From: Phyllosticta citribraziliensis
Taxonomy: Eukaryota
Reading direction: 5' to 3'
Length of the DNA stretch: 64,000 nucleotides
Assembly: GCF_038025025.1 (NCBI RefSeq)
Contig: NW_027117338.1
Span: 2,356,001-2,420,000, forward strand
Below, piece after piece: positions 49,411-60,949 of the stretch (position 1 is its first letter; each line of letters opens with the position of its first letter). The notes below the pieces were generated by a model. That model was not told where the DNA came from. It saw nothing but the letters and a program-made list of their open reading frames with translations, and ran no database searches. Position numbers and translations under genes: made by a program.

Positions 49411-50244
49411 ATGCTCTTCCTCGGGCTTACGGGTTCCATTGCGACCGGCAAGTCGACCGTCTCCAATCTCCTCCGCAGTCCGCCCTACAATCTACCCATT
49501 ATCGACGCCGATGTCGTTGCGCGCAAGGTCGTCGAGCCTGGCACTCCCGGCTACCGTGCCATTGTAGATTATTTTGGTCCAACTACACCCGACCTGCTGC
49601 TGCCCGCCTCGGATCCAGCCTGCCGCGGTCGCGAGGATGGTCCTACAGGTAAAGGGCGCCCACTGAACCGACCAGCACTGGGAAGACGCGTCTTTGGCGG
49701 CGGAGAGGAGACGATGCGCGATCGCAAGAAGCTAAACAGCATTGTCCACCCTGCTGTGCGCCGCGAAATGTACAAAGAGATGGTATGGGCGTACCTGAAG
49801 GGCCAATGGGCTGTCGTCCTCGACATCCCACTCTTGTTTGAGAGCGGCTGGGAGAAGTTTTGCGGCACCATTATGGTCGTCGCCGTCAGCGAGCCAGAGA
49901 TTCAAATGCAGCGACTCAGGGCGCGTGACCCTCATCTGAGCGAGGAGGATGCCAGGAACCGAGTCTTAAGCCAGACCGACGTTCGGGAAAAGGCAGAAAG
50001 AGTCATGCGAAGAGGCAAAGGCGCCGGCGTTGTGATATGGAACGACAGCGACCGCGAGCAGCTTGAAAAGCAGGTTGCCCAAGTCATGGCCGACATCAAG
50101 AAAGGGAGCCCGCAGTGGTGGGCGTGGCTTCAACTCATCTGCCCTCCGCTGGCCGCGGTCACGGCATTGTGGAGCTTCTGGAGAATGCGAAACGCACAGC
50201 TGCAGTGGGAAAGGGAGAAGATCCAGGAGAAGGCCAAGCTATAA
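49411..50244 (+). CDS. CAB5: Dephospho-CoA kinase
   Basis: LGLTGSIATGKSTVS P-loop; IIDADVVAR; LNSIVHPAVR; DIPLLFE; C-terminal hydrophobic segment. Confidence 0.95.
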   Translation: MLFLGLTGSIATGKSTVSNLLRSPPYNLPIIDADVVARKVVEPGTPGYRAIVDYFGPTTPDLLLPASDPACRGREDGPTGKGRPLNRPALGRRVFGGGEETMRDRKKLNSIVHPAVRREMYKEMVWAYLKGQWAVVLDIPLLFESGWEKFCGTIMVVAVSEPEIQMQRLRARDPHLSEEDARNRVLSQTDVREKAERVMRRGKGAGVVIWNDSDREQLEKQVAQVMADIKKGSPQWWAWLQLICPPLAAVTALWSFWRMRNAQLQWEREKIQEKAKL

Positions 50245-50902
50245 ACGCAATACTTGGACCTTGGGCTGCAATCAAGACTGACTGCTGCTGCTGCTAGCTA
50301 CCTACTCATCATGAGGCGTGTGTATACCTCGATATCCAATTTTCACTAAGTAGCGGAACAAAAGCATCATGTGTGAGTATTCACCGCCATCTTCTTCCTC
50401 GTCATGGTACAGTGGGTTTCGAAACAAACAGAGACTGCATGTAGGAAACGTTGGTTTACTACAATGGTCACCGCTTGGGAGCAGTCGTCCGCCATTCCAG
50501 ATGGGCTTAGGGGGCATTGTATCGTGACGGTGGCGAGGGGCGGAGACACCAATTGGTGCCGTGGTTAAGATCCAACGGGCCGCCGACCAAGCTTGGTTGC
50601 AAAAGTCCTAGCCACAACAATGGGTGGGGTCAGTCAAGGAGTATTGAGGCCCCCAAAAGACTACGGTAGGACTAGGGAGCATTCGAGCTCCGACTCACCT
50701 CTACTCAGAACCGTGGGGCTGTGTCACGACTTTTGCGATCGAGCTTTGCACTGCACACACCTTTTCCGTCAAAACCCCACCAACTCGACCTCGACCTCGA
50801 CCTCAACTTAATCACTCGCATTTCTACCTGCCTCTCCCTTTTTCCTTCTCTCTCGCCGCGGCCACTCCGCCTTACATCATCAATTCTCAGAGCCTGTCTG
50901 CC

Positions 50903-52000
50903 ATGATGCCTTCGCCTGGCCACATCAACTCGAGAGGTTGGCAGATCGAGTTGGAAGACCGCGACAACGACCGCCCAGGACCAAGAAGCGCTCTCGTCGG
51001 TGGCGGCTCAGCTTACCGCCAGCCATTGAGTGGTTTCCGTTGGGAACCTGAGTTGGTGCTTGACAACGAACATGCTCGCAGACACAACGTTCCCATCCGC
51101 GAAGGGCCCCCCAGTTACATTGACGCCGAGTCTTGCGTGTCCGTCTATCCCGAAGAGCCTGCTCCAGCGAATCCTAGGCTAGGAGACCAACGCGAGCGCC
51201 GTCGCCTTCACGAGCCGGCCTGGGTCGTCGATTTGAGCAGACGGCCTCAGTATGGCAATGTCGCCAATGAGCCTACCCGCCTCTCACATGCAGTTCCTAT
51301 CGAAACCCGCGGCGAACCTCAAGTCCCAGTGTCTGTTCCTCATAGACAGAGCCAGTACATCACCCCGACGTGCCCTTGCGGGATTCCCAACTGCCGGGCC
51401 AACGAGATCCGGAAGAAGGTTTGTGCCACTTCGCTCTTGTATTTACGAAAGCTAATCAATGACCAGTATTTCGATCACCACCCCGAGAGACGCGATCAGG
51501 CGGTGCGGGCTACCTTGGATTTCGGCTTCGACAGAATCGGCTTCACGGTCATGGACGGCACATCCGCCACCTGGATCGGACAGCCCGGCGACGACACTCC
51601 ACCTCCTCTATCGGACAAGCCTATGCCTCGCAGGACTGCTGAAAGCAAAAAGCAGTTGCCAACACCCACCCAACCCAAGCCTCATGCCACGAGCAAGACG
51701 ACTTCCGCTGTCCCGGGCCCCAGCGAGCGCCCAAAGTCGCACATGCATGCCACCCTGTTTCGCATCCGTTCTGATGAGCTCTCCCGCAGGAAAGCCGCTG
51801 CAGCCGAAGCCAATTCCAAGGTAGCCAACGGAAGCAAGAAATCCTCGAGCAGCTCCAAGGCATCCGGCAGCTCCACCAAGTCCTCCAGCAGCTTCAATGG
51901 ATCCTACAGTTCTAAGAGATCCCACACTCTTGTCGCCGGCGCCGAGACCGATGTTGACGAAGGCTCCACCCTCGGCATCAACCTGCTCATGGAAGACTAG
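50903..52000 (+). CDS. Hypothetical protein, 365 aa
   Basis: Long ATG ORF after a CT-rich leader; CPCGIPNC followed by a predicted helical core; low-complexity S/K tail. Confidence 0.65.
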   Translation: MMPSPGHINSRGWQIELEDRDNDRPGPRSALVGGGSAYRQPLSGFRWEPELVLDNEHARRHNVPIREGPPSYIDAESCVSVYPEEPAPANPRLGDQRERRRLHEPAWVVDLSRRPQYGNVANEPTRLSHAVPIETRGEPQVPVSVPHRQSQYITPTCPCGIPNCRANEIRKKVCATSLLYLRKLINDQYFDHHPERRDQAVRATLDFGFDRIGFTVMDGTSATWIGQPGDDTPPPLSDKPMPRRTAESKKQLPTPTQPKPHATSKTTSAVPGPSERPKSHMHATLFRIRSDELSRRKAAAAEANSKVANGSKKSSSSSKASGSSTKSSSSFNGSYSSKRSHTLVAGAETDVDEGSTLGINLLMED

Positions 52001-52609
52001 ATTGTCACTGTTTCCGACTACCTTGTCAACTTCCTGGCGAGGCTCCATGTATTGATTGTTGCAACACCCCGAGACTGACAGATTGCTGGTTCTATAATTC
52101 ACATCACTGCGAGGAAGGGTTGACATTTGCTTTCGGAAATGGTGTCACATGGACGATGGATCACACGGTTCTTTTCTATTTGCTTTCAGGGACGGACCTG
52201 CAGGGACATGAACAAGGATTGCTACTACAAGGTCTTATTGCTCGCTAAACCTGTGTACTTGTAGTATCCGATGACCGTAATAAATGAGATATACAATGGC
52301 CTTCCTAGTTCTTTCCAGAGTGAATCGCGACTACACAGACGCGCTGTCCAAAGCTTGCTAGAGATGCTGGCATTCCCCAGAGGCATCGGCACAACCGTTT
52401 TGACGAAAGCCGCTTTTGGCCCCTAAACTGGTACCCCAAAAAACCGTTCTTCCGCGACGTCGTCGCGTTCGAGCTAAGAATGGCGCTTGTGAGCCAGCAC
52501 CACTCCTGGGAGGACAAGTTTCCTACCTCCTTGCTTCGACTTGGGGAGTCTGGCTCGTGACGTCACAGTGGATGTCAAAAGAGATGAGACTGACTCCCAG
52601 GATCTGGCT

Positions 52610-52708
52610 GTGGTGATGAACGACTGCTCATTAAGCGCGACTGTAGTAATGCATGAATGCTACTTGAGCGCTGGCGTAGCAATAAGTGAATGCTCCCTAG
52701 ACGCACTC
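52610..52708. repeat. Degenerate 33-bp tandem repeat x3 built around GAMTGCT
   Basis: Units gtggtgatgaacgactgctcattaagcgcgact / gtagtaatgcatgaatgctacttgagcgctggc / gtagcaataagtgaatgctccctagacgcactc. Confidence 0.7.
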
Positions 52709-53029
52709 ATATTACCTTTTTCGACACCCACTGTCTTGTCGAAAAAGAAGATGGAGGGGCGTTGGTTGGTGGATAGGAAGAGGTGAGAAAAAGCAAATGT
52801 GTCTTGAAGGAGAGCGACTGTCGATGATTTCGGGGTACTAGTGGAGATTGGATATCATTCAACAGCAAGGACTGGAAATTTCACGCGTCAGTTGGCGATC
52901 GGAGAAGCATTCAAGCATCAAAAAGGGACAACGATAAGGAGCATCCATACGCTCTAACGCTGCTTTGCATGTCACGACTTTCACCATCCAGCTCAGATCA
53001 CCACCAAATCCAATCCAACATCTCTCTGC

Positions 53030-56000
53030 TTACGCCTTTCCAGGCTTAACCTCATCACCCAACCACGCATCCAAACCAACCAACGTCTGCTTATCAAGCG
53101 TCCGCCACCCCTTTGGCCCCTCCTCCAACCCATTCCTGTTCCCTCTCTCGCCTCCAGCGTCCTCCCTCCACCGCCACGCGCGCGTGTACTCCGTGTCCCG
53201 CCGCTCCACCACGTCCAGGACCTTGGCGCCCAAGACGGGCAGGAACTTGAAGCCGTGGCCGCTGCCGCCGCTGGCGACGACGAGCCCGGGCACGCGCGGC
53301 ACGTGGTCGATGACGAAGTCGTTGTCGACGCTGTCCGTGTACCAGCAGAGGCGCAGCGAGTCGACGGGGAGAGAGCGCAGGTCGGGCATGTTAGTTGCGA
53401 CAAAGGATTGGATGACGGACAGGGCGCGTTGTGGGATTTTGGATGTGTGCGAGTGGTCCGGGTATGATATCAATCTGTTTGCTTCTTGTGCTGATGTTTC
53501 TGGGTCGGTCTCTGCTGCTGTTTGTTCTGGTTGCTTCTCGTCGACAGCGGCACCATGACCTGTCGCCGTCTTGGGCACACGGAAAGCGAAATTCGTCCAC
53601 TTGGCTCCACGGAACCCGAATTTGATGATGCCGTCCGGCGTGCGCGGAAATCCATACAATCCGCCTACACTGGTCGATGCGGTGCCCATCCCCACGGACG
53701 GATCATACGACGACATTTTCCAACTCCATACCGGAAAGGCATCCGGACTGTACTTTTGCCAAAGATCCTGCCGCTCACGCGGCAAGCGCACCGTCAGGAT
53801 GGAGCCAGCGGTAGTCTCGAGGATAGGCGAGGCGGACGGGACAAGGGAAGGGGTGTAGCCGCCACCAGCGACGACGAGCAGCGAGGCGCGGTGGTGCGTC
53901 CCGTCGGCGGTTGTGAGGCCAGTGACGGCGCCAGTCGTTGGGCAGATGGTGTAGGACGTGAACTTGTGGGAGGCGCCCAGACGCAGCTTGACCCCGGCCT
54001 GTTTGCAGAGATGCAGAGCCCAGCTGCAGGCTTTGCTGGCAAGCACGTAGCCCCCTGTCCCGTCGAAAATGCCGTCGGTCGCAAGCTTGCGGTCGAAGCG
54101 GCCGAAAGGATCCAGCTTGGTGCGAGGGATACCGCGTTTGGCGGCATCTGACTGGCGCTGGGCGTCTGAGATGTGATACTGAGTGGACTTGATCTCCTCG
54201 GGGAAGTTCTGCTGCGTCATGTGCTCATCCTCATCCATTCCATTGTCACTGAGCCTCAAGAATCCCGCCTGGACCCAGATTTTGTCCTCGTTTCTCACGT
54301 TTGAAGGCAGTTCCTTCGCAGTTTTGATCTGTTCGTTCCAGTCTTCCCAGTGCTTCATGGCCGCAAAGGCTAGATCCTGGTATATCTTCCGGCCACCGTA
54401 CGAGGCGCGCAGTATCTTGTTCTCGTCGGCGCTGGCAGCGTTGCAGCCCTGGGAGCATTCATACCCGTTCTTGTCATATGCTTGGTAGTCGAATATGGTA
54501 ACGTCCTTGTAGCCTGCCCTGGCCAAATGGAGTGCAGTGCTGAGACCAAAAACACCAGCCCCGACAATGGCCACTGGCTGGCAGTACTTCAGCTCTTGCT
54601 TGGCACCCAGGGCCCTTGGTGCACCCTCCATGTTGTGAGTATCTTCGGGCCCTTTCCACTTCCATCTCTTCTGCAGCTTAGGCTCAAGTTTGCCTTCAAG
54701 CATGTCCACTACTTTGTCTCCGAGGATGCAGAGAAATTTCCACCCATGTGCGGAACCGCCAGTGACAAGCGCCAAATTCCTTATCTCAGGATGTCTGTCT
54801 ATCAAGAAGTCGGATGTCGGAGTGTTAGTGAACCAGCAAAGTTTGGTCCGGTCAAACGTTACATCGGCCAGTTGGGGAAAAAGCTCTGCGAGGTTGTCTC
54901 TCAAGCCCTTTTCAGCATCTGCAGGTATCGAACTTGGAAGATCCGGTGGTGCAGATACTTCGGAATGCTCCCCGAACGAGTCGACCACTTGTCGTGTGTT
55001 TGTGTATCCTGGCGAGCGCCTTAGGCATTTGATCTCTCCATTGAGCGGAGGAAAGATGTTGAAGCCGGTCGTGAAGTTGGTTGTGATAGGCATATCCCTG
55101 TATCTTTCTTCCAAGTGGGGAGGGACCTTGATCCACGCGACCTCATGCCCGGTCGCCGTGATTTGGTCACTGATGTTTAGTAGTGTATTGGTCCAAGCTC
55201 CGGCAGCGACAACAACGAGGCCGGCATTTAAGTTTGAGCCATTGGCAAGCTGGACGCCGTAGGCAATGCCGTCGGCAACAAGGAGTCGGTGAACGGGATT
55301 GCCAAAAACGAACGAAATGTTTTCCTGGCTCTTACACTTTTGGTAGTAGATTCTCATGCATTCTTCCGCATTGACGAATGCAACGTCTTCGTTGAGATAT
55401 CCCTCGTTCCACTGCTTCTCTCCCGCCGCTGGCTCATTTTCGATGCCGTTGACGCGCCGAAAAATGTCGGGGTGGGAGCCAAGATATTTTAAATAGCCAT
55501 TTGGCTGCACTTCTCCACTGCCGACACGCTTGTTTTGGAACTCCTTGGCAGCATCATATTCTTTCTTCCAAACTTCTGAGCCGTGACGACCTGGGCCTGC
55601 ATGCGCGTAGATCATCCCAGAACGGTAATAATACCGACTCAGCTCTGGGTCGTCTTGAATGAGCTTTTGTGCAGTTAAGGCGAGTTCAGAATAAGCTTCA
55701 TCATGGTAGTCGGCGCGTATGACTCTGGTTGTGTCTGAATGGTTGTCAGTTCTTTTTCAGCTCCTGCGATGGATCACAAGCGCGCGGAAGAAGAATTCAT
55801 GGGTCGGCACCCAGCAATGCAGGTTTGAAGTTAATTCTGTAGATCCCGCGCAATGCAACTCCCGGTCTACTTGCACAGCGAGCGTCTGGTATCTTCAACA
55901 ACAGCGAAAAGCGGCACCTACCTACCGATGTACCGTCCAGGACTGGTGGCTCATGTCTATCAACGACGGTTATTTTGGAATCGGTATAGCGTTTCGACAG

Positions 56001-56057
56001 TGCCAGCGCTGTTGACAGACCAAACGCGCCGCCTCCGACGATTAGCACCGTTTCCAT
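53030..56057 (-). CDS. Tandem double FAD-dependent amine oxidase (two sarcosine/pipecolate/fructosyl-amine oxidase modules), about 946 aa
   Basis: Module 1: [13 protein letters not shown]...[10 protein letters not shown]...[18 protein letters not shown]...GGSAHGWKF. Module 2: [13 protein letters not shown]...[13 protein letters not shown]...[18 protein letters not shown]...GGSGHGFKF. One intron 55735-55921; no stop between the modules. Confidence 0.88.
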
Positions 56058-56761
56058 CCTGGAGAAATGCTTGCCGGTGTTCAGCTTGCTATCAGCTGAT
56101 TGGTGTAGGGCCGCGCTTGATGCGCTACTTTGGAGCCAAAGAGAGAAAAACTAGGCGCTCTCTAGTTGACAAGAAGCTTGGTGAGAGGAGAGAGTGTGGG
56201 ATGATGGCGGTGGTCTGTTGACAAAAGATAGGCACGAGCAAGGTGGGTCCTGGCAGGTACCCCGCCCACTTTCGCCATTCACCTCTATCAACTCGTCAAC
56301 AACCACAGGGTCCCTTTACATCTTGCAAGAGACCAAGCTTCCTATGCTCAAGATCTAGACTTTTTGAGCACAACGGAACGTCAACCCCAGGTTACTTCCT
56401 GGCCTCGGCTCCGGCTCCGGAATGCTCCCTGACGGCACCACAAGCGCACCGGTCTGCGGGCTACCTTGTTCTGGCAACCATGTCTTTGGGCCACGAAGGT
56501 TTTGATGATGCGAAGCGAAAATTGATTGACATTGCTCGAGAGGCTACTGCAACACTCCTTCTAGGCTCAGCTCTTGGGCGCTTTCATCACGCCGCGGAAA
56601 CAAGCAATCCCACTGCTTGGCCCGGCGATGTTTCATTTGACTTCAAATAGTCCCAATGGCCTCTACAAAACGCGGGTAGTTTTAATTGAGCCGTTGGCTT
56701 TATTCGGATCTCCAACGGTCGACCTTCATATTGAAAAAGTGTTGAATTTCTTCAAAACAAT

Positions 56762-58518
56762 ATGCATCCAAAACCCGAAAGCCCACCAAGCATAGGGGGA
56801 GCCCCTGAAAACAGGACACTTTCCGACGCCCATTGCGAGCTCGCCATCGACAAAGAACAAGTCGACACCGACAGCGATGGTCGAAGCCTCCCAGAGATCG
56901 ACAAATCTGCAGAGAGAAAGGTCGTGCGCAAGTTTGACTACACAGTCATGGTCGTCACCTTCCTCATCTTCTTCGCCAAGGGCCTAGGTCGACGTACTCT
57001 CGGCCACGCAAAGACAGACGGCATGGAGAAGGACCTGCACTTCCATGGGAACCAGTATTCGCTGTTGGTCATGGCCGTCAACATTCCGCTTTGTCTTCTT
57101 TGCCTTCCTGCCAACCTGATAACGAGAAGGTACGAGCCGAAGTGGTTTATTGTTGGTTTCACAATGGCTGCAGGACTCCTGGCCATGTGCTATGCTGCCG
57201 CCAAAAACTTCGACCAGGTATGTCGAAAGATCAATTCACAAGATCTTGGCTGATTCTCCAAATAGATGGTTGCTACCCGTGTCCTGCTTGGTGCCATCGA
57301 CGCTGGATTTAGACCTTGTTGCATGGTCGGCTTCCAAATTGTGGTCTCCCAATTTCTTTCTGGCTGACAGATTCAGTTCTACCTCAGCACTTTCTACACT
57401 AGAGGGGAGCTTGCCTCTCGTTACGCAATCGTTGGTCCCCATTTTCAAATACCGTTGAAAACACCGTCAGGGGCTGACACTTGAATTTTAGTGGTACAGC
57501 GGAGGAGCATTCGCGGGAGGATTCTCTGGCCTCATCTCATTCGGTCTCTTCAGGGCTGGGGGTGCACTAAAAGGCTGGCAGTATCTTTTCTTGGTGCAAG
57601 GCGGCTTGACATTTTGTATGGGCCTTATTGCAGCAGTTGTCCTTCCCAAGACACCTTGGGGATGGAAGCGCCTCTCTGAAGAAGAGAAGACCATTGCCGT
57701 CGTCAGGGGCAAACGAGACTCCACTTCCAGAGTCAACACGGCATGGAACATGAGCGAGGGACTGAAACCTTTCAAGACACTGCGGATGTAAGCCAAGTCT
57801 CCACCTACTTGTTCGGCAGTCCATACTTCTCACGACAAGTGTTAATTCGCAATCGAACAGATACATCTTGTCCGTCATCGCACTGTGCTATGGAGTCGGA
57901 AGCTCAGCCGTAGGAACGTTCCTCCCCCAGATCATCACAACCTTTGGTTACTCCAAGCTCAAGACCAACTTCCTCACAACATTTCCCAACATTTTCGGCG
58001 CCATTGTTCTGTACGCCTTTGCTCGTAGCAGCGATCGTCGACGCGAGCGGTCCCTCCATCTACTCCTCTCCATGGTCATCAATATGATTGGCTTGATCAT
58101 CTTGCTGTCCCTGAACGCGAAGGAGCATCCGGGTGTCGCTTACTTCGCCACATTCCTGATGTGCGGCGGCGGCATGACGCCGACGGCACTGTTTCACTCC
58201 TGGCACGTCGGCAACTTGCCCACCGAGAATGGGAGAATAAACGTGTTGAGTTACATGATTGGTGCCGCGAACGCCGGGGGGTTCATCACTAGCTTGACGT
58301 ACAGAAAACAGGATGAGCCGAGACATGTCCTGTTCTTGTTGGCGACAGCAGTGTCTACCGCGGTAGGCATGGTGTTGATTGTTGCGGTTCGATGGTGGAT
58401 GGTCCGAGACAACAATAGGAGAGACCGCGTTATGGGGAAGAAACTCAGGAGTAAGGACGTTCCTTTGAGTGACCTCGTTGATGGGTCAAGCGATTTGAGA
58501 TGGAGATGGTTTGTCTAG
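56762..58518 (+). CDS. MFS transporter, anion:cation symporter (Dal5/Tna1-like) family
   Basis: ERKVVRKFD, GMEKDL...GNQYS, LPANL, FYLSTFYTRGELASR, GWQYLFL, SDRRRER; four introns. Confidence 0.88.
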
Positions 58519-58662
58519 ACCAGATGGTGGTCACGGATTTTGATTGTTTTCGATATTGCTAGTCACATCTAATCCTTCCCGTGTAATGACAAAAGTTTTG
58601 CTGGCTTCCTTGAATTCTTGATGTTGCGTCAAAATTCGGGCTGACAAGTGTCGACAAGGAAG

Positions 58663-58681
58663 AAAAAAAAAAAAAAAAAAA
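58663..58681. repeat. Poly(A)19 homopolymer
   Basis: Run of 19 A between the convergent MFS genes. Confidence 0.9.
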
Positions 58682-58988
58682 GACCCAGAAGATCCTTATG
58701 GATTCCATTCTCTAATCATTTGCTGATCTCGCTTTTCTCGGACTCCAGGGGTAAGTGCGACTGCCTGAGCGCTTGAAAGGATTCTTCAACGATGCCACTG
58801 CAAAGCGCCACTCCATGTGCGTAACAAGACTCCGGGGAGTGCGACGAAAGACCTCAAAGTTTACCAGGCGAAGGCTCGATGTGGTCCTCATAATCCACCA
58901 GATGGGGGGTACCATGGGACGGAGTCGGACTTTCATTTATCTCTGATTCATCCCCATCATGAATTTTTCTAAAGGGAGGGGGGACAAA

Positions 58989-60949
58989 TCAGTCGGTTGC
59001 GTCTTCCCGGAGGATTGGCTCGTAGCCAGCGTACCTTTTGAGTTCCCGGCGCCTGAGATACAAGGTCAAGAGGGCCGAGCCGATGAGGAGGGGTCCGCCA
59101 ATGATGGCGGCTGTGATGTTGCCTTTGCGGTACATGGGCGAGTCTGTTTGTTTCCAGACGATCAGGGGTAGCCAAGCTTGCACGACGTACGCCATTTGGT
59201 TCATGGATCCGACGACGATTGCTCTTTCTTCGTTGTCGCCGGCGCAGATTTCGTGGGCCCATCTGTTGGCGAAGACTGATTAGACAACTTCCGAAAGAAG
59301 GGTTAGGCGGGTCGATACTCACGCGAAGCAGAGACCAGAAAGTCCGCTGTTCAGGCCGGCAAGAATGTAGCACGCCCAGTGCCATGTCCATGGAATGTCC
59401 CATACGGCTAGCGAGATGTACACTATCATGTTGAAGATGCCAGCAAATATCATGGGAGGCCAGCGAGCACCTCTCAAAAAGGTATCCGACGACCAGGCGT
59501 AGACGAGGGTGGAAAAGACTGCGAGACCGTACGTTGTTGTCGGAATGGCGTTGATCTGCGCGATGGTGTATTTGTGGATGCCCTCCGCATTGAGCCATTT
59601 GAGCCACTGCGCAAATGCTGGCTGCGCGAAGTTGTTGCCGTTGTTGAAAGCGCTTGGTCAAATCAGCGAATCGAACTGTAAGCCAGAGGCATGTCTTGGG
59701 ACTCACATGTACAACAAAGTCAGTGACCAAATGTGCCATGAAGAGAGGATATTCTTGATCTTTTCCTTCGTGTATGGAGCGCGGGGTTTGCGTCCTTCGA
59801 GTTTCATTCGGTGGCGCGCCAGGTCAAGTTCCTGTAAAAGGTCAAACATCATCTCTCGTCATTTTGCGTTCGCCTTACCTCCGGCTTGAGATAGAACGGC
59901 CTCGATATCTCAGGGACATCTGGAAGGACAATGAAGCCGAGCAATGCTACTGGAAGGGAAATGATGCCGTCCACAATGAAGAGCCTGAAATTCGTGAGCA
60001 CAAGGCATTGCACGTGGACATTTCGGAACGCACCATTGCCAACCGCGATAACCACCCTTTCCACCCAGGTTGTAGACGGCGGCCATCAAATATCCGCTGA
60101 ACATGGTAGCGATCGAACTGCTAGTATGGAATATACAACTGCGTTTTGCAAGTTCATCTTTCCGATACCACGACCCAATTATGTACTGCATGCCAGGGTA
60201 GAATGTTGACTCTGCAAGACCTGGAATAATCTCAGCTTTGTTGCTTTCTTGGGAACGATTCAAGGTAACGCACCGACTAAGAAGCGAATGGCATAGATTT
60301 GCTGTGGAGTCTTGGCTTGTGAAAGACAAAAGGTGAGAATTGTCCACAAGAGCTACTCTGACGTCAGTGTTGAACATAACACCAGGGCGGTCATAGCGTA
60401 TGAATGCTCCCTTCTTACCTCCATAGCTGGAATCCAAATTGACGGTCGGACTTTTGTCAAGACAATGTTACTTGGTAGCTGGCCAATAACATATCCGACC
60501 GTCCAACATGTTTGCATGATGTTCAATTCGTCACCATACATTCCGAGATCCTCCTTCCTATTGACAATTAGCAACAAGTCGATTGGAAATATAAACAATC
60601 GCACTTACATTCCCGACACGAATGCACTGTTGATGTTTGCTTGATCCAAGTACTTGGCATGCTGTCAGTCAGGATCTCGAAGACCCAAGAGAATGTATGT
60701 ACCTTGATGAAGTATCCTGCCTCAGAATCAGCTTTGTTTCATAATGAAGTTTCGAATTCCAGTCAACATACCAAGCGATGCAAACGTCAAAAGGGCAGCA
60801 TCAAGCTTGAAGAGAAACTTTCTCTCCTCGGGAGACTTGTTGAAAGTGTCCCAAATGGCGCTTCGCCAGTCGTACTTGACATTTTCTTTCACGACCGCAT
60901 TTGTCTTCGACACTGGAGCGCCCTGCTCCCTGTCCGCGGCGTCCGACAT
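58989..60949 (-). CDS. MFS transporter, Seo1/Fen2/Liz1-like (ACS family), many small exons
   Basis: IWDTFNKSPEERKFLFKLD, YLDQANINSAFVSGMKEDL, GQLPSN, ESTFYPG, IIGSWYRKDELAKR, FIVDG; 14-nt micro-exon at 60703-60716. Confidence 0.9.

Noticed and set aside
50676..50691. tRNA T-arm-like hairpin
   Set aside because: Six-nt loop and no D-arm, anticodon arm or acceptor stem; not a tRNA gene
58663..58681. Poly(A) tail of a retroelement
   Set aside because: No target-site duplication or element body seen; treated as a simple homopolymer
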